Shown: positions 56,758 through 64,000 of the stretch, one piece after another
Layout of the letters: the number at the start of each line of letters is the position of its first letter
How positions within the stretch are numbered: position 1 is the stretch's first letter
Notes under the pieces: generated by a model
What the model was told of the DNA's origin: nothing
Seen by the model: only the letters and a program-made list of their open reading frames with translations
Databases searched by the model: none
From: Candidatus Micrarchaeota archaeon
Lineage (GTDB): Archaea; Micrarchaeota; Micrarchaeia; Anstonellales; JAGGVH01
NCBI GenBank assembly: GCA_021158105.1
Contig: JAGGVH010000038.1
Location: 11,387-75,386 of the forward strand
Reading direction: 5' to 3'
Length of the DNA: 64,000 nt
Position numbers and translations under genes: made by a program

Positions 56758-59751
56758 ATGAATATTGCCGACAAAGAAATAGAACAACTGAAAAAATGGG
56801 AAAAGGATAAGGCATATGACAAAGTTAATAACAAAAATAAAGAAGGTGAAGAATGGTATTTCTGCGACGGGCCACCGTACGCAACAGGTCAAATGCATCC
56901 CGGGACTGCTTATAACAAATGTGCAAAAGATGCGATATTGAGATATAAACGATGGAGGGGGTATAATGTATTAGCACGGGCGGGGTATGACACTCATGGT
57001 CTGCCGATTGAGGTTAAAGTCGAGAAAGATTTGGGTGTCAAACACAAAAATGATATTGAAAAGATAGGTGTTGAAAAATTTATCAAGAAATGTAAAGAGT
57101 TCGCAACTGAACATTTATCAAAAATGTCAAAAGATTTTATCAGGGCAGGAGTATGGATGGATTTTGACGACCCATACCTTACATACACAAGGGAATACAT
57201 TGAACCTGTATGGGGCGCAATAAAAAAGATTAATGATAACGGGTTGTTATATCGTGGGTCATCAGTCTTGCCATATTGCCCAAGGTGTGAAACGCCACTG
57301 GCAAATTATGAATTGGAATATAGTATGATAAAAAGCCCCAGCATCTTTGTAAAGTTTAAGGTCAAAGATACTGAAAACGAATATTTGATAATATGGACGA
57401 CTACGCCGTGGACATTAGTTGCAAACATGGCAGTAATGGTCCACCCCAGCGAAACATATGTAAAAGTCAAACCTGATGATAAGGATGAAGTATGGATTAT
57501 TGCAAAAGCCAGGATGGAGCACTTGTCAGAACTGTTAAACATAAATCTTACAGTGCTGAGTGAAATGAGCGGGAAACGCATTGACGGAACAAAGTATGAA
57601 TCACCGTTAGGCGTCAGGCCAGAAGTTGAACGCAGGGTAGTATTATCTGATGAATATGTTACAATGGATGAAGGTTCTGGGTTGGTCCACTGTGCACCGG
57701 GCCACGGACCAGAGGATTACATTATAGGAAAGAGGTATGATATTGAACCGTTTTCACCTGTTGACGACAATGGAAATTTTACTGAAGCTGCTGGGAAGTA
57801 TAAAGGCAAGAATGTTCTTGAAATTAATGATGAGATCATAAATGAATTGAAAGATAAAGGTATACTCCTGCACAGTGGCACGATTGAACATAGGTATCCC
57901 CATTGTTGGAGGTGTAAAACACCATTAATATTCCGAACTACTAAGCAATGGTTTGCAAAGATAAGCGATGTTAAAGAGAAAATGATTGACGAGATAGATA
58001 AGGTAAACTGGATACCAGACTTTGCAAGAACACGATTTTCTGATTTTGTATCAAACGCTCCCGACTGGTGCATTTCACGGCAGAGATACTGGGGCATACC
58101 AATACCAATCTGGGTAAACGAGGATGATGAAACAGATTACATTGTATTGGGAAGTTTTGATGAGTTGCCTGAAGAGATTGAAGATGTTCACAGGCCGTAT
58201 GTTGACAAAGTTATCATTGAAAAGGATGGAAAAAAATACAAAAGAGTTCCAGACGTGTTGGACGTATGGATAGACTCAGGAAACGCTGTGTGGTCCGGGT
58301 TGCACCCAGAATTACGAAAAGAGAAGAACAAAACACAATTTATCATTGAAGGTAAGGACCAAACCCGTGGCTGGTTCTATTCATTATTAGGCATGGGGGT
58401 CATGACACAAGGGTATGCACCTTATGAAAGTATTATGATGCACGGGTTTTTTGTTGATGAGAAAGGAGAAAAGATGAGCAAAAGTATGGGCAATTTTATA
58501 CCGTTTGATGAGATTGTTGAAAAGTACGGTGCTGATGCGTTCAGGGTATGGGCATTGTCATCAGTGCCATGGAATGATTTAGTGTTTTCATGGGGAGGAA
58601 TAAAAGAAGCATATTCTTTTGTGAACACTGTTGACAACATTGCAGTATACCTCAAACGTTTTGCAGATGACGTTCCATATGAAACGCCAATAGTCAACGA
58701 ACTGACAAACATTGAAGACAGATGGTTGATTTCAAAGTTTAACCAAACACTCAAAAAATGCGAAGAGGAATACGATAAATACCATTTCCACACTGCATCA
58801 CGCGAGATAGTTAAATTCATATTGGACGATATCAGCAGATTTTACATGAAACTTATAAAATCAAGGAATGACAAAGATGGGTTGAAAGTATTAAAATACA
58901 TATTTATAGAATCCCTCAAAATGTTAAACCCTATCGCGCCTTTTGTAACTGAAAGAGCTTATGCCAACATAATCCCAAATCACAAAGAAACCATCTGCTT
59001 AGAAGATTGGCCTGCACCAGTAGGCGTTGCAGACAACACATTACTGTCAGACATGGAAATCATTAAAGAGATATTCCCTGAAATAATCTCTGCAAGACAC
59101 AAGATAGGAATAAAACTAAGATGGCCGATCGACACTGTTAAAATATACCCATACGACGACATAGTATCAACTGCTGTTGAAAGATTGAGTAACATCATTA
59201 AAGTAATGGCAAACATCCACTCAGTTGAAACTGTAAAAGAACCGTTAGGTAAAATAAAAATACAATATGATTCATCATTGCCAAAAGAAGAAATTGAAAA
59301 GATTGATCATCTCGTTAAAGAAAACATGTATGAACTTGAAAAGAAGCTTAACGTTGGAAAGAGTGTAACAATAGAAGATAAAAAGATATCACCAGAATAT
59401 ATAACAATAAAAGAAGAAGCTGATGACTATTATGTAAACTATTTCTCAGGCGGAAAAATCTATGTGCACACAAAACTTCCAAAAGACGTCATTGAAGAAG
59501 GCATCGCACGGGAAGTGATAAGGAGGCTGCAGTCAATGAGGAAGGAGCTAAAACTCATTGAAAAGAACAAGATAAATGTCATCTATTCTGCTGACGATGA
59601 CGTAACCAAGGCAATTGACAAATTCAAAGACATGATAACAACCAAGGTAAACGCAGTTAAATTTGATAAAGGTAAACCAAAAGGTAATGAATGGAAGATT
59701 CAGGGGATTAAGAACGAATACATATTTAAAGCTGAAATACAAAAAATATAA
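56758..59751 (+). CDS. ileS: Isoleucine--tRNA ligase
   Basis: TTTPWTLVANMAV, DWCISRQRYWGIPIP and KMSKSMGN motifs with archaeal IleRS length. ORF track start 56749 is GTG; ATG 56758 with Shine-Dalgarno preferred. HIGH region is degenerate (QMHPGTAY). Confidence 0.75.
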   Translation: MNIADKEIEQLKKWEKDKAYDKVNNKNKEGEEWYFCDGPPYATGQMHPGTAYNKCAKDAILRYKRWRGYNVLARAGYDTHGLPIEVKVEKDLGVKHKNDIEKIGVEKFIKKCKEFATEHLSKMSKDFIRAGVWMDFDDPYLTYTREYIEPVWGAIKKINDNGLLYRGSSVLPYCPRCETPLANYELEYSMIKSPSIFVKFKVKDTENEYLIIWTTTPWTLVANMAVMVHPSETYVKVKPDDKDEVWIIAKARMEHLSELLNINLTVLSEMSGKRIDGTKYESPLGVRPEVERRVVLSDEYVTMDEGSGLVHCAPGHGPEDYIIGKRYDIEPFSPVDDNGNFTEAAGKYKGKNVLEINDEIINELKDKGILLHSGTIEHRYPHCWRCKTPLIFRTTKQWFAKISDVKEKMIDEIDKVNWIPDFARTRFSDFVSNAPDWCISRQRYWGIPIPIWVNEDDETDYIVLGSFDELPEEIEDVHRPYVDKVIIEKDGKKYKRVPDVLDVWIDSGNAVWSGLHPELRKEKNKTQFIIEGKDQTRGWFYSLLGMGVMTQGYAPYESIMMHGFFVDEKGEKMSKSMGNFIPFDEIVEKYGADAFRVWALSSVPWNDLVFSWGGIKEAYSFVNTVDNIAVYLKRFADDVPYETPIVNELTNIEDRWLISKFNQTLKKCEEEYDKYHFHTASREIVKFILDDISRFYMKLIKSRNDKDGLKVLKYIFIESLKMLNPIAPFVTERAYANIIPNHKETICLEDWPAPVGVADNTLLSDMEIIKEIFPEIISARHKIGIKLRWPIDTVKIYPYDDIVSTAVERLSNIIKVMANIHSVETVKEPLGKIKIQYDSSLPKEEIEKIDHLVKENMYELEKKLNVGKSVTIEDKKISPEYITIKEEADDYYVNYFSGGKIYVHTKLPKDVIEEGIAREVIRRLQSMRKELKLIEKNKINVIYSADDDVTKAIDKFKDMITTKVNAVKFDKGKPKGNEWKIQGIKNEYIFKAEIQKI

Positions 59752-59754
59752 CTG

Positions 59755-60030
59755 GCACGGGGAGGATCGCTGACGGTGTCCGCATGGATGCTGAGGAAGG
59801 TCCACCCACTGACCCGTTTACTAGAACGGGTAAAAAACAGGCGCCGCAAGGCACGACCGGGAGACTGGTCAGAAGAGGAACAGAAACGCTCCCTGCTCGT
59901 GTGCACTATGAAGACCGCTGAGGTTGCACGTGATGGGATGAAACGGCCTCTTCTCTGTTGCAGTGCAAGCCCTTTCGGGCGCGTAGTATAATGCGATCAC
60001 GAACAAAAGGTGGCCTACTACCCCGTGCCA
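59755..60030 (+). ncRNA. rnpB: RNase P RNA (archaeal type A-like)
   Basis: ~275-nt island of ~57% GC in a ~35% GC genome. P1 pairing GGCACGGGG...CCCCGUGCC. CR-I-like GAGGAAGGUCCACC and CR-V/P4-like ACGAACAAAAGGUGGCCUAC. The ORFs predicted inside it are spurious. Confidence 0.7.
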
Positions 60031-60603
60031 TTACAATCTCATCCAAACAGCATCATGATATCTATTCTTATGCTTGATCCATTTTGGAAATACTGCAAAC
60101 TCTTTGAACCCTATTTTTGTGTATAACCTTTCAGCTGCAGTGTTGCCTCTAATATAACTAATTGCAATGTTCTTTGGCTTCCATTTCTGTTTAGTTTTTT
60201 TTATCACTGTGGTTAACATGATATTGCCCAATTCTTTTCTTCTCATCTCTTTAGCTATGGCTATCCCAAAAGTAACATTACCCTTTTCTTTAAACTTTCC
60301 ACGTCGAGCGTCACAAGTACCTACTATCCTCCCACCCTTTTCTGCTATTAACCGTATTAATTCTCCGTGTTTTATTCTTTTACAGCCGTCCTCCACCCAT
60401 TTTTTCTCAGCCTCTAGAGTTGTTGGTTTATCCATAAGAATGTATGCACCCTCACGAATGATTGGATTGATAAAATTCAAGAACTTTTTAGGATCTTCCT
60501 TTTTAGGGTTGACACTCTGCCATCTTAAACTTACTATTGTGCCATCCTTTAGAGTGACCTTCATCCGCTCACCCCCTTTGGAAAATTTAGCGCTAAGTTG
60601 CAT
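60031..60603 (-). CDS. GNAT-family N-acetyltransferase
   Basis: Acetyl-CoA binding-like region (IVGTCDARRGKF...NVTFGIAIAKEMRRKELG) and ISYIRGNTAAERLYTKIGF. Confidence 0.55.
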   Translation of the reverse strand: MQLSAKFSKGGERMKVTLKDGTIVSLRWQSVNPKKEDPKKFLNFINPIIREGAYILMDKPTTLEAEKKWVEDGCKRIKHGELIRLIAEKGGRIVGTCDARRGKFKEKGNVTFGIAIAKEMRRKELGNIMLTTVIKKTKQKWKPKNIAISYIRGNTAAERLYTKIGFKEFAVFPKWIKHKNRYHDAVWMRL

Positions 60604-60637
60604 AAAATCGGTTTTAATGCAATTTAGGTTGCATAAG
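60597..60637. repeat. Copy 1 of a 40-bp palindrome-containing element (GTTGCATAAAATCGGTTTTAATGCAAtTTagGTTGCATA), overlapping the GNAT start codon
   Basis: 37/40 identical to 61705..61744. Contains the inverted repeat TTGCATAAAA/TTTTAATGCAA plus a third TTGCATA half-site. Confidence 0.7.
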
Positions 60638-60667
60638 CTTATAAATTTATGCTACCTAAACACAATC

Positions 60668-61687
60668 ATGTACTTTGACATCGGCCCAAAAGAAAAGATT
60701 AGGGACTTCTACAATTACAGGGAAGAGTATAAGAAAATAAAAACAGCTTTGAACAGAGGTGAAAAACTCATTGCAATCACAGGTGTAAGAAGGGTGGGAA
60801 AAACAAGCCTTATGAATATTTTGTTTAATGAACTAGATGGAATAAATGTTTGGGCAGACGGTCGGATAATAAGAAACGCAGCTCATTTAATTTCAATTTT
60901 AGAACAAGGAATAAAACAAAAGGGTGGAATCTTTGGGTCTATTAAAAGTATAGGGATATCAATAGCAGGTATAAGTCTAACCACAGAACCTTCTATCCCC
61001 AAAGCAGAAAGGTTTATACGAAGAAGAGGAAAAGTCCATCTTTTCATTGATGAAGCACAGTATGCTAATTCTTTAGAAATTGCCAAAGCCCTATCCTATA
61101 TTTATGACAGGTTACCAAACGTTCAAACAATAATCTCAGGTAGTGAAATACGTCTCATTAACGAAGTTTTAGGGGTGGAAAACAGTTCTCATCCATTATA
61201 CGGAAGAAGAGTTGAGTTGATTGAACTAAAAAGATTAACAAAGGACAAATCCTTAGAATTTCTTAAGTTAGGCTTTAAACAACCTCATAAAAGAGTGCCA
61301 AATAATGAATTAAAAGAGGTTGTCGAAAGGTTGGACGGACTTATTGGATGGCTCACCCTGTATGGTTACGAAAGAGCGATTGCCAACAACGAAAAACCTT
61401 TAGAAAGAGTTGAGTCCATTGCGATAGGGATAGTGGAAGGAGAACTTAAGCAGTTATTAAAGGATAAAAGAAACAAAAGGTTGTACCTATCAATATTAAA
61501 GTATGCTAATAACAGAAGATGGAAAGAGTTATTATCCGTTGTTAGAGATGAAATAGGCAAAGTGAACAATAGTTCATTCAGCAGAGCACTAAAAGAACTT
61601 ACAAGATACTCTTTTATTGAAAAGGTAAACGAAAAATATTCAATAGCAGACCCTATCATAAAAACTACTGTCATGAAGAAGTTTTAA
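60668..61687 (+). CDS. Archaeal ATPase (Arch_ATPase/PF01637-like), start reassigned from 60167 to ATG 60668
   Basis: Walker A ITGVRRVGKTSLMN, Walker B HLFIDEAQY and a C-terminal wHTH-like region. The upstream extension in the ORF track overlaps the GNAT gene and the repeat. Confidence 0.65.
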   Translation: MYFDIGPKEKIRDFYNYREEYKKIKTALNRGEKLIAITGVRRVGKTSLMNILFNELDGINVWADGRIIRNAAHLISILEQGIKQKGGIFGSIKSIGISIAGISLTTEPSIPKAERFIRRRGKVHLFIDEAQYANSLEIAKALSYIYDRLPNVQTIISGSEIRLINEVLGVENSSHPLYGRRVELIELKRLTKDKSLEFLKLGFKQPHKRVPNNELKEVVERLDGLIGWLTLYGYERAIANNEKPLERVESIAIGIVEGELKQLLKDKRNKRLYLSILKYANNRRWKELLSVVRDEIGKVNNSSFSRALKELTRYSFIEKVNEKYSIADPIIKTTVMKKF

Positions 61688-61704
61688 TTTAGAACCTGTA
61701 GGGA

Positions 61705-61744
61705 GTTGCATAAAATCGGTTTTAATGCAACTTGAGTTGCATAG
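61705..61744. repeat. Copy 2 of the 40-bp palindrome-containing element, immediately downstream of the Arch-ATPase gene
   Basis: GTTGCATAAAATCGGTTTTAATGCAAcTTgaGTTGCATA. Direct orientation relative to copy 1. Confidence 0.7.
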
Positions 61745-61807
61745 ATATCCAATTGAACGCAACTAAAAAACACAACCCATAAAGAAGCCATAAAAGATAT
61801 AAAGAAC

Positions 61808-62176
61808 TCATAATGGTCTCTCAACCTCAACATGTTTAATCTCTCTTATATAATCTTTCAAAAATTCTAACACCTTATCAACATCAAACTTCTTGCATGT
61901 AAATATGTCAAGGGCGCAATAACCATTTTCAAAAAAAGTGTGGAGTGCAATGTGGCTATAATCAACAATTACAAACCCTGTAAACCCATCATTATAAGGT
62001 TTGCCGCGCACGACAACTGGTCCGTAAAGAATGATGACATCAATAAACTCTGCAATATTTGTAAGGAACTGCTTAATCTTATCTTCACTGTTCAGTTTAT
62101 CAGTATATTCTCCTTCAACAATCAAATGAACCCAGCCATCACCAGTATTCTTATTAATGCTAACGCCATCATTCAT
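61808..62176 (-). CDS. speH: S-adenosylmethionine decarboxylase proenzyme (pyruvoyl-dependent, SpeH/SpeD-type)
   Basis: ~120 aa with VDYSHIALHTFFENGYCALDIFTC matching the ES|HxxxHTWPE...D.FTCG self-cleavage region of archaeal AdoMetDC. Confidence 0.65.
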   Translation of the reverse strand: MNDGVSINKNTGDGWVHLIVEGEYTDKLNSEDKIKQFLTNIAEFIDVIILYGPVVVRGKPYNDGFTGFVIVDYSHIALHTFFENGYCALDIFTCKKFDVDKVLEFLKDYIREIKHVEVERPL

Positions 62177-62229
62177 ACATAATATTTTGCCAGAATAAAT
62201 TTATAAATTCATACCACTTTACTACAACC

Positions 62230-63399
62230 ATGAAAAAGGTTGTTCTTCTGATAATGGACGGGCTAGGTGACGGACCAACAGATAATGGGTCGCTAGCAAA
62301 GGCAAAAACACCCAACATTGACAACATGAAAAAAGAACATGGTGTGTGTGGAGGAATGATAACATTAGGCAAAGGCATAACACCGCACAGTGATAATGCG
62401 CACTTAGTACTTTTTGGTTACCCTCTTAACAGGTACTACGTTGGGAGAGGAACGTATGAGGCATTGGGTGCGGGCATAAGAATGAAACCCGGAGACATTG
62501 CATTCAGGGCAAACTTTGCAACTGTAAAAGATAATATTGTAATTGATAGAAGGGCAGGAAGAATAAAAACAGAGATTGCACACAAGATTGCGCAACATAT
62601 TAAACACATAAACATTGAAGGGGTTGACATAACATTCACACCAACAATCGAACATCGCGGTGTTGTGCTATTAAGGGGAAAGGGGTTATCACACAGGATA
62701 ACTGGCACTGACCCACACAAGATAAACGTCAGGTGGGCAAGGTGCAAACCCTTAAACAAAAAAGCAAAGAAGACTGCTGAAATCATTAACAAATATATGG
62801 TATGGGTGCATCAACAATTGGAAAAAGTGAAAACCCAAAGAAAACTTAAACCAAACTTCTTACTACTTCGCGGAGCAGGGTATTATAAAAAGGTGCCAGG
62901 CATTAAAGAGAGGTTTGGAATACGTGCAGTGGCAGTTGCAGGGGGGGCGCTGTATAAAGGCGTAGCACGGTTTGTTGGGATGGATACGCCAGACATCAAA
63001 GGTGCAACAGGCGATAAACATACAGATTTGAACGCAAAGTTTAATTCTGCATACAATTACCTGAGAACAAACGATTTAGTATTCCTTCATATAAAAGCAA
63101 CAGACTCGTTTTCTCATGATAAAGATTGTAAAGGCAAACAGAAATTCATTGAAAAGGTTGACAAGCACATTTTAAAATTAACAAAACGGGCTGATTATAT
63201 CATGATAACCGGCGACCATTCCACACCTTGCACACTCGGCGAACACAGTGCAGACCCTGTTCCTTTTATGTTATGGGGCAAAGGCATTGATCCAGACAAT
63301 GTAAGATTTAATGATGTTGATGCATTAAAAGGTGCACTGAAAACATTCTATGGAAAAGAAGTCATGAAAAGCATAGTAAAACTGATAAAAAATGAATAG
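62230..63399 (+). CDS. apgM: 2,3-bisphosphoglycerate-independent phosphoglycerate mutase, archaeal type
   Basis: LLIMDGLGDGP N-terminus, ITGDHSTP metal-binding motif, ~390 aa. Confidence 0.85.
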   Translation: MKKVVLLIMDGLGDGPTDNGSLAKAKTPNIDNMKKEHGVCGGMITLGKGITPHSDNAHLVLFGYPLNRYYVGRGTYEALGAGIRMKPGDIAFRANFATVKDNIVIDRRAGRIKTEIAHKIAQHIKHINIEGVDITFTPTIEHRGVVLLRGKGLSHRITGTDPHKINVRWARCKPLNKKAKKTAEIINKYMVWVHQQLEKVKTQRKLKPNFLLLRGAGYYKKVPGIKERFGIRAVAVAGGALYKGVARFVGMDTPDIKGATGDKHTDLNAKFNSAYNYLRTNDLVFLHIKATDSFSHDKDCKGKQKFIEKVDKHILKLTKRADYIMITGDHSTPCTLGEHSADPVPFMLWGKGIDPDNVRFNDVDALKGALKTFYGKEVMKSIVKLIKNE

Positions 63400-64000
63400 T
63401 TAAAAAGACACTGTAAACCCTACAAACGGTGTAACTTCAACATCTTTAAAGTTCTCAAATTCAGTTCCTGCGGTTACGCCAATTCTTCTGTAAAAGACAC
63501 TGCCTGAAACTGAAGCCTTTGACCCTTCTGGATTGTAGGGATAGGATATTGGCAAATAATAAGACACTTCTGGTTCAAACCACCACTGACCACCAGATAC
63601 AGAACGACCCAAACCGATGTCCAGTTTAATTCTTGTTCGCACATGTCTTAGTGTGAACGAATATTTTGAATCCTTTAACATGAGAGGTTTATAATTTACA
63701 GGGTCCTTTCTCTCATGAACAGTACTGACCACAGATGCATCAAACTGTATTCTAGGCGTTGCAACGCCCATCCCAAACAGATATTCGCTTGTTGTTAGGG
63801 ATATACTATCATTTTCGATTGCCCCACCAATTATAAACGAAAATATATTGCCTGTCTCAAACTCAAAAGATGTATTACTTTCAGACGCATGAACATCGAA
63901 CCTTATCTTTCTAACAGGTGCCCTTGCCAACTTTTCTACTCTTTTTTTGGATTCTTCCTCCCTTCTTAATATACGTGCAGTTAACTCTCCTGCAATTTCA
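63400..64000 (-). CDS. Hypothetical protein, 5'-partial (ORF is open beyond the window end); beta-rich C-terminal domain
   Basis: The annotated TTG/Met at 63930 is internal. Upstream codons ...EIAGELTARILRREEESKKRVEK are in frame with no stop up to nt 64000. Confidence 0.45.
   Translation of the reverse strand, partial: EIAGELTARILRREEESKKRVEKLARAPVRKIRFDVHASESNTSFEFETGNIFSFIIGGAIENDSISLTTSEYLFGMGVATPRIQFDASVVSTVHERKDPVNYKPLMLKDSKYSFTLRHVRTRIKLDIGLGRSVSGGQWWFEPEVSYYLPISYPYNPEGSKASVSGSVFYRRIGVTAGTEFENFKDVEVTPFVGFTVSF

Noticed and set aside
59700-59991. ORFs 59776..59991 (+) and 59700..59906 (-) predicted inside the GC-rich segment
   Set aside because: The segment has the P1 and P4 hallmarks of RNase P RNA. 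The ORFs have no RBS and an arbitrary Arg/Pro-rich composition caused by high GC.
60167-60667. Long upstream extension of the Arch-ATPase ORF (ORF track start 60167)
   Set aside because: It overlaps the convergent, motif-bearing GNAT gene on the other strand and the 40-bp repeat. The conserved N-terminus MYFDIGPKEKIRDFYNYREEY begins at ATG 60668.
60597-61744. The two 40-bp repeats as a CRISPR array
   Set aside because: There are only two copies, 1.07 kb apart, flanking a complete gene, with no regular spacers.
63400-63930. Outer-membrane beta-barrel protein (C-terminal aromatic residue, alternating pattern)
   Set aside because: Orc1, FEN-1, C/D sRNA and ApgM show the genome is archaeal. The Met at 63930 is internal to an ORF that continues past the window edge, so the C-terminal F signal is not interpretable here.
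1-64000. Candidate-phyla-radiation bacterium as source organism (small genes, AT-rich, giant surface proteins)
   Set aside because: Orc1/Cdc6, FEN-1, class I HMG-CoA reductase, geranylgeranyl reductase, archaeal ApgM, MBF1 and a C/D-box sRNA are archaeal markers.

Overview
AT-rich (~35% GC) archaeal window, probably a DPANN-type or other small-genome archaeon. The archaeal assignment rests on Orc1/Cdc6, FEN-1, class I HMG-CoA reductase, archaeal-type phosphoglycerate mutase (ApgM), an MBF1-like protein, a C/D-box sRNA, an archaeal-type RNase P RNA, and Shine-Dalgarno-led genes with 4-nt start/stop overlaps. Ordinary housekeeping genes sit at the edges and in a central island at 26.9-34.1 kb: a partial methyltransferase, PHP phosphoesterase, Wzx-like flippase, PheT, HemK-like and SpoU-like methyltransferases, HmgA, Orc1, MBF1, Fen1, geranylgeranyl reductase, leucyl aminopeptidase, IleRS, RNase P RNA, GNAT, SpeH and ApgM. 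About 40 kb of the window (6.35-26.8 kb on the + strand and 35.4-52.9 kb on the - strand) is an apparently undescribed cell-envelope system. It contains twelve paralogous polytopic membrane proteins in two tandem six-gene arrays, all sharing three conserved motifs. It also contains giant Cys-rich secreted lipoproteins, two giant (1689 and 1919 aa) signal-anchored coiled-coil proteins, and a VirB3-like 2-TM protein next to a VirB4/HerA-like ATPase. The two halves converge on the housekeeping island and mirror each other in architecture. I interpret this as a type-IV-secretion-like or Ced-like trans-envelope or cell-cell contact apparatus; this is inference, not established. Smaller observations are a 40-bp near-identical palindrome-containing repeat flanking an Arch-ATPase gene, a 30-bp in-frame tandem duplication, internal coiled-coil repeats, and a degenerate HIGH motif in IleRS.
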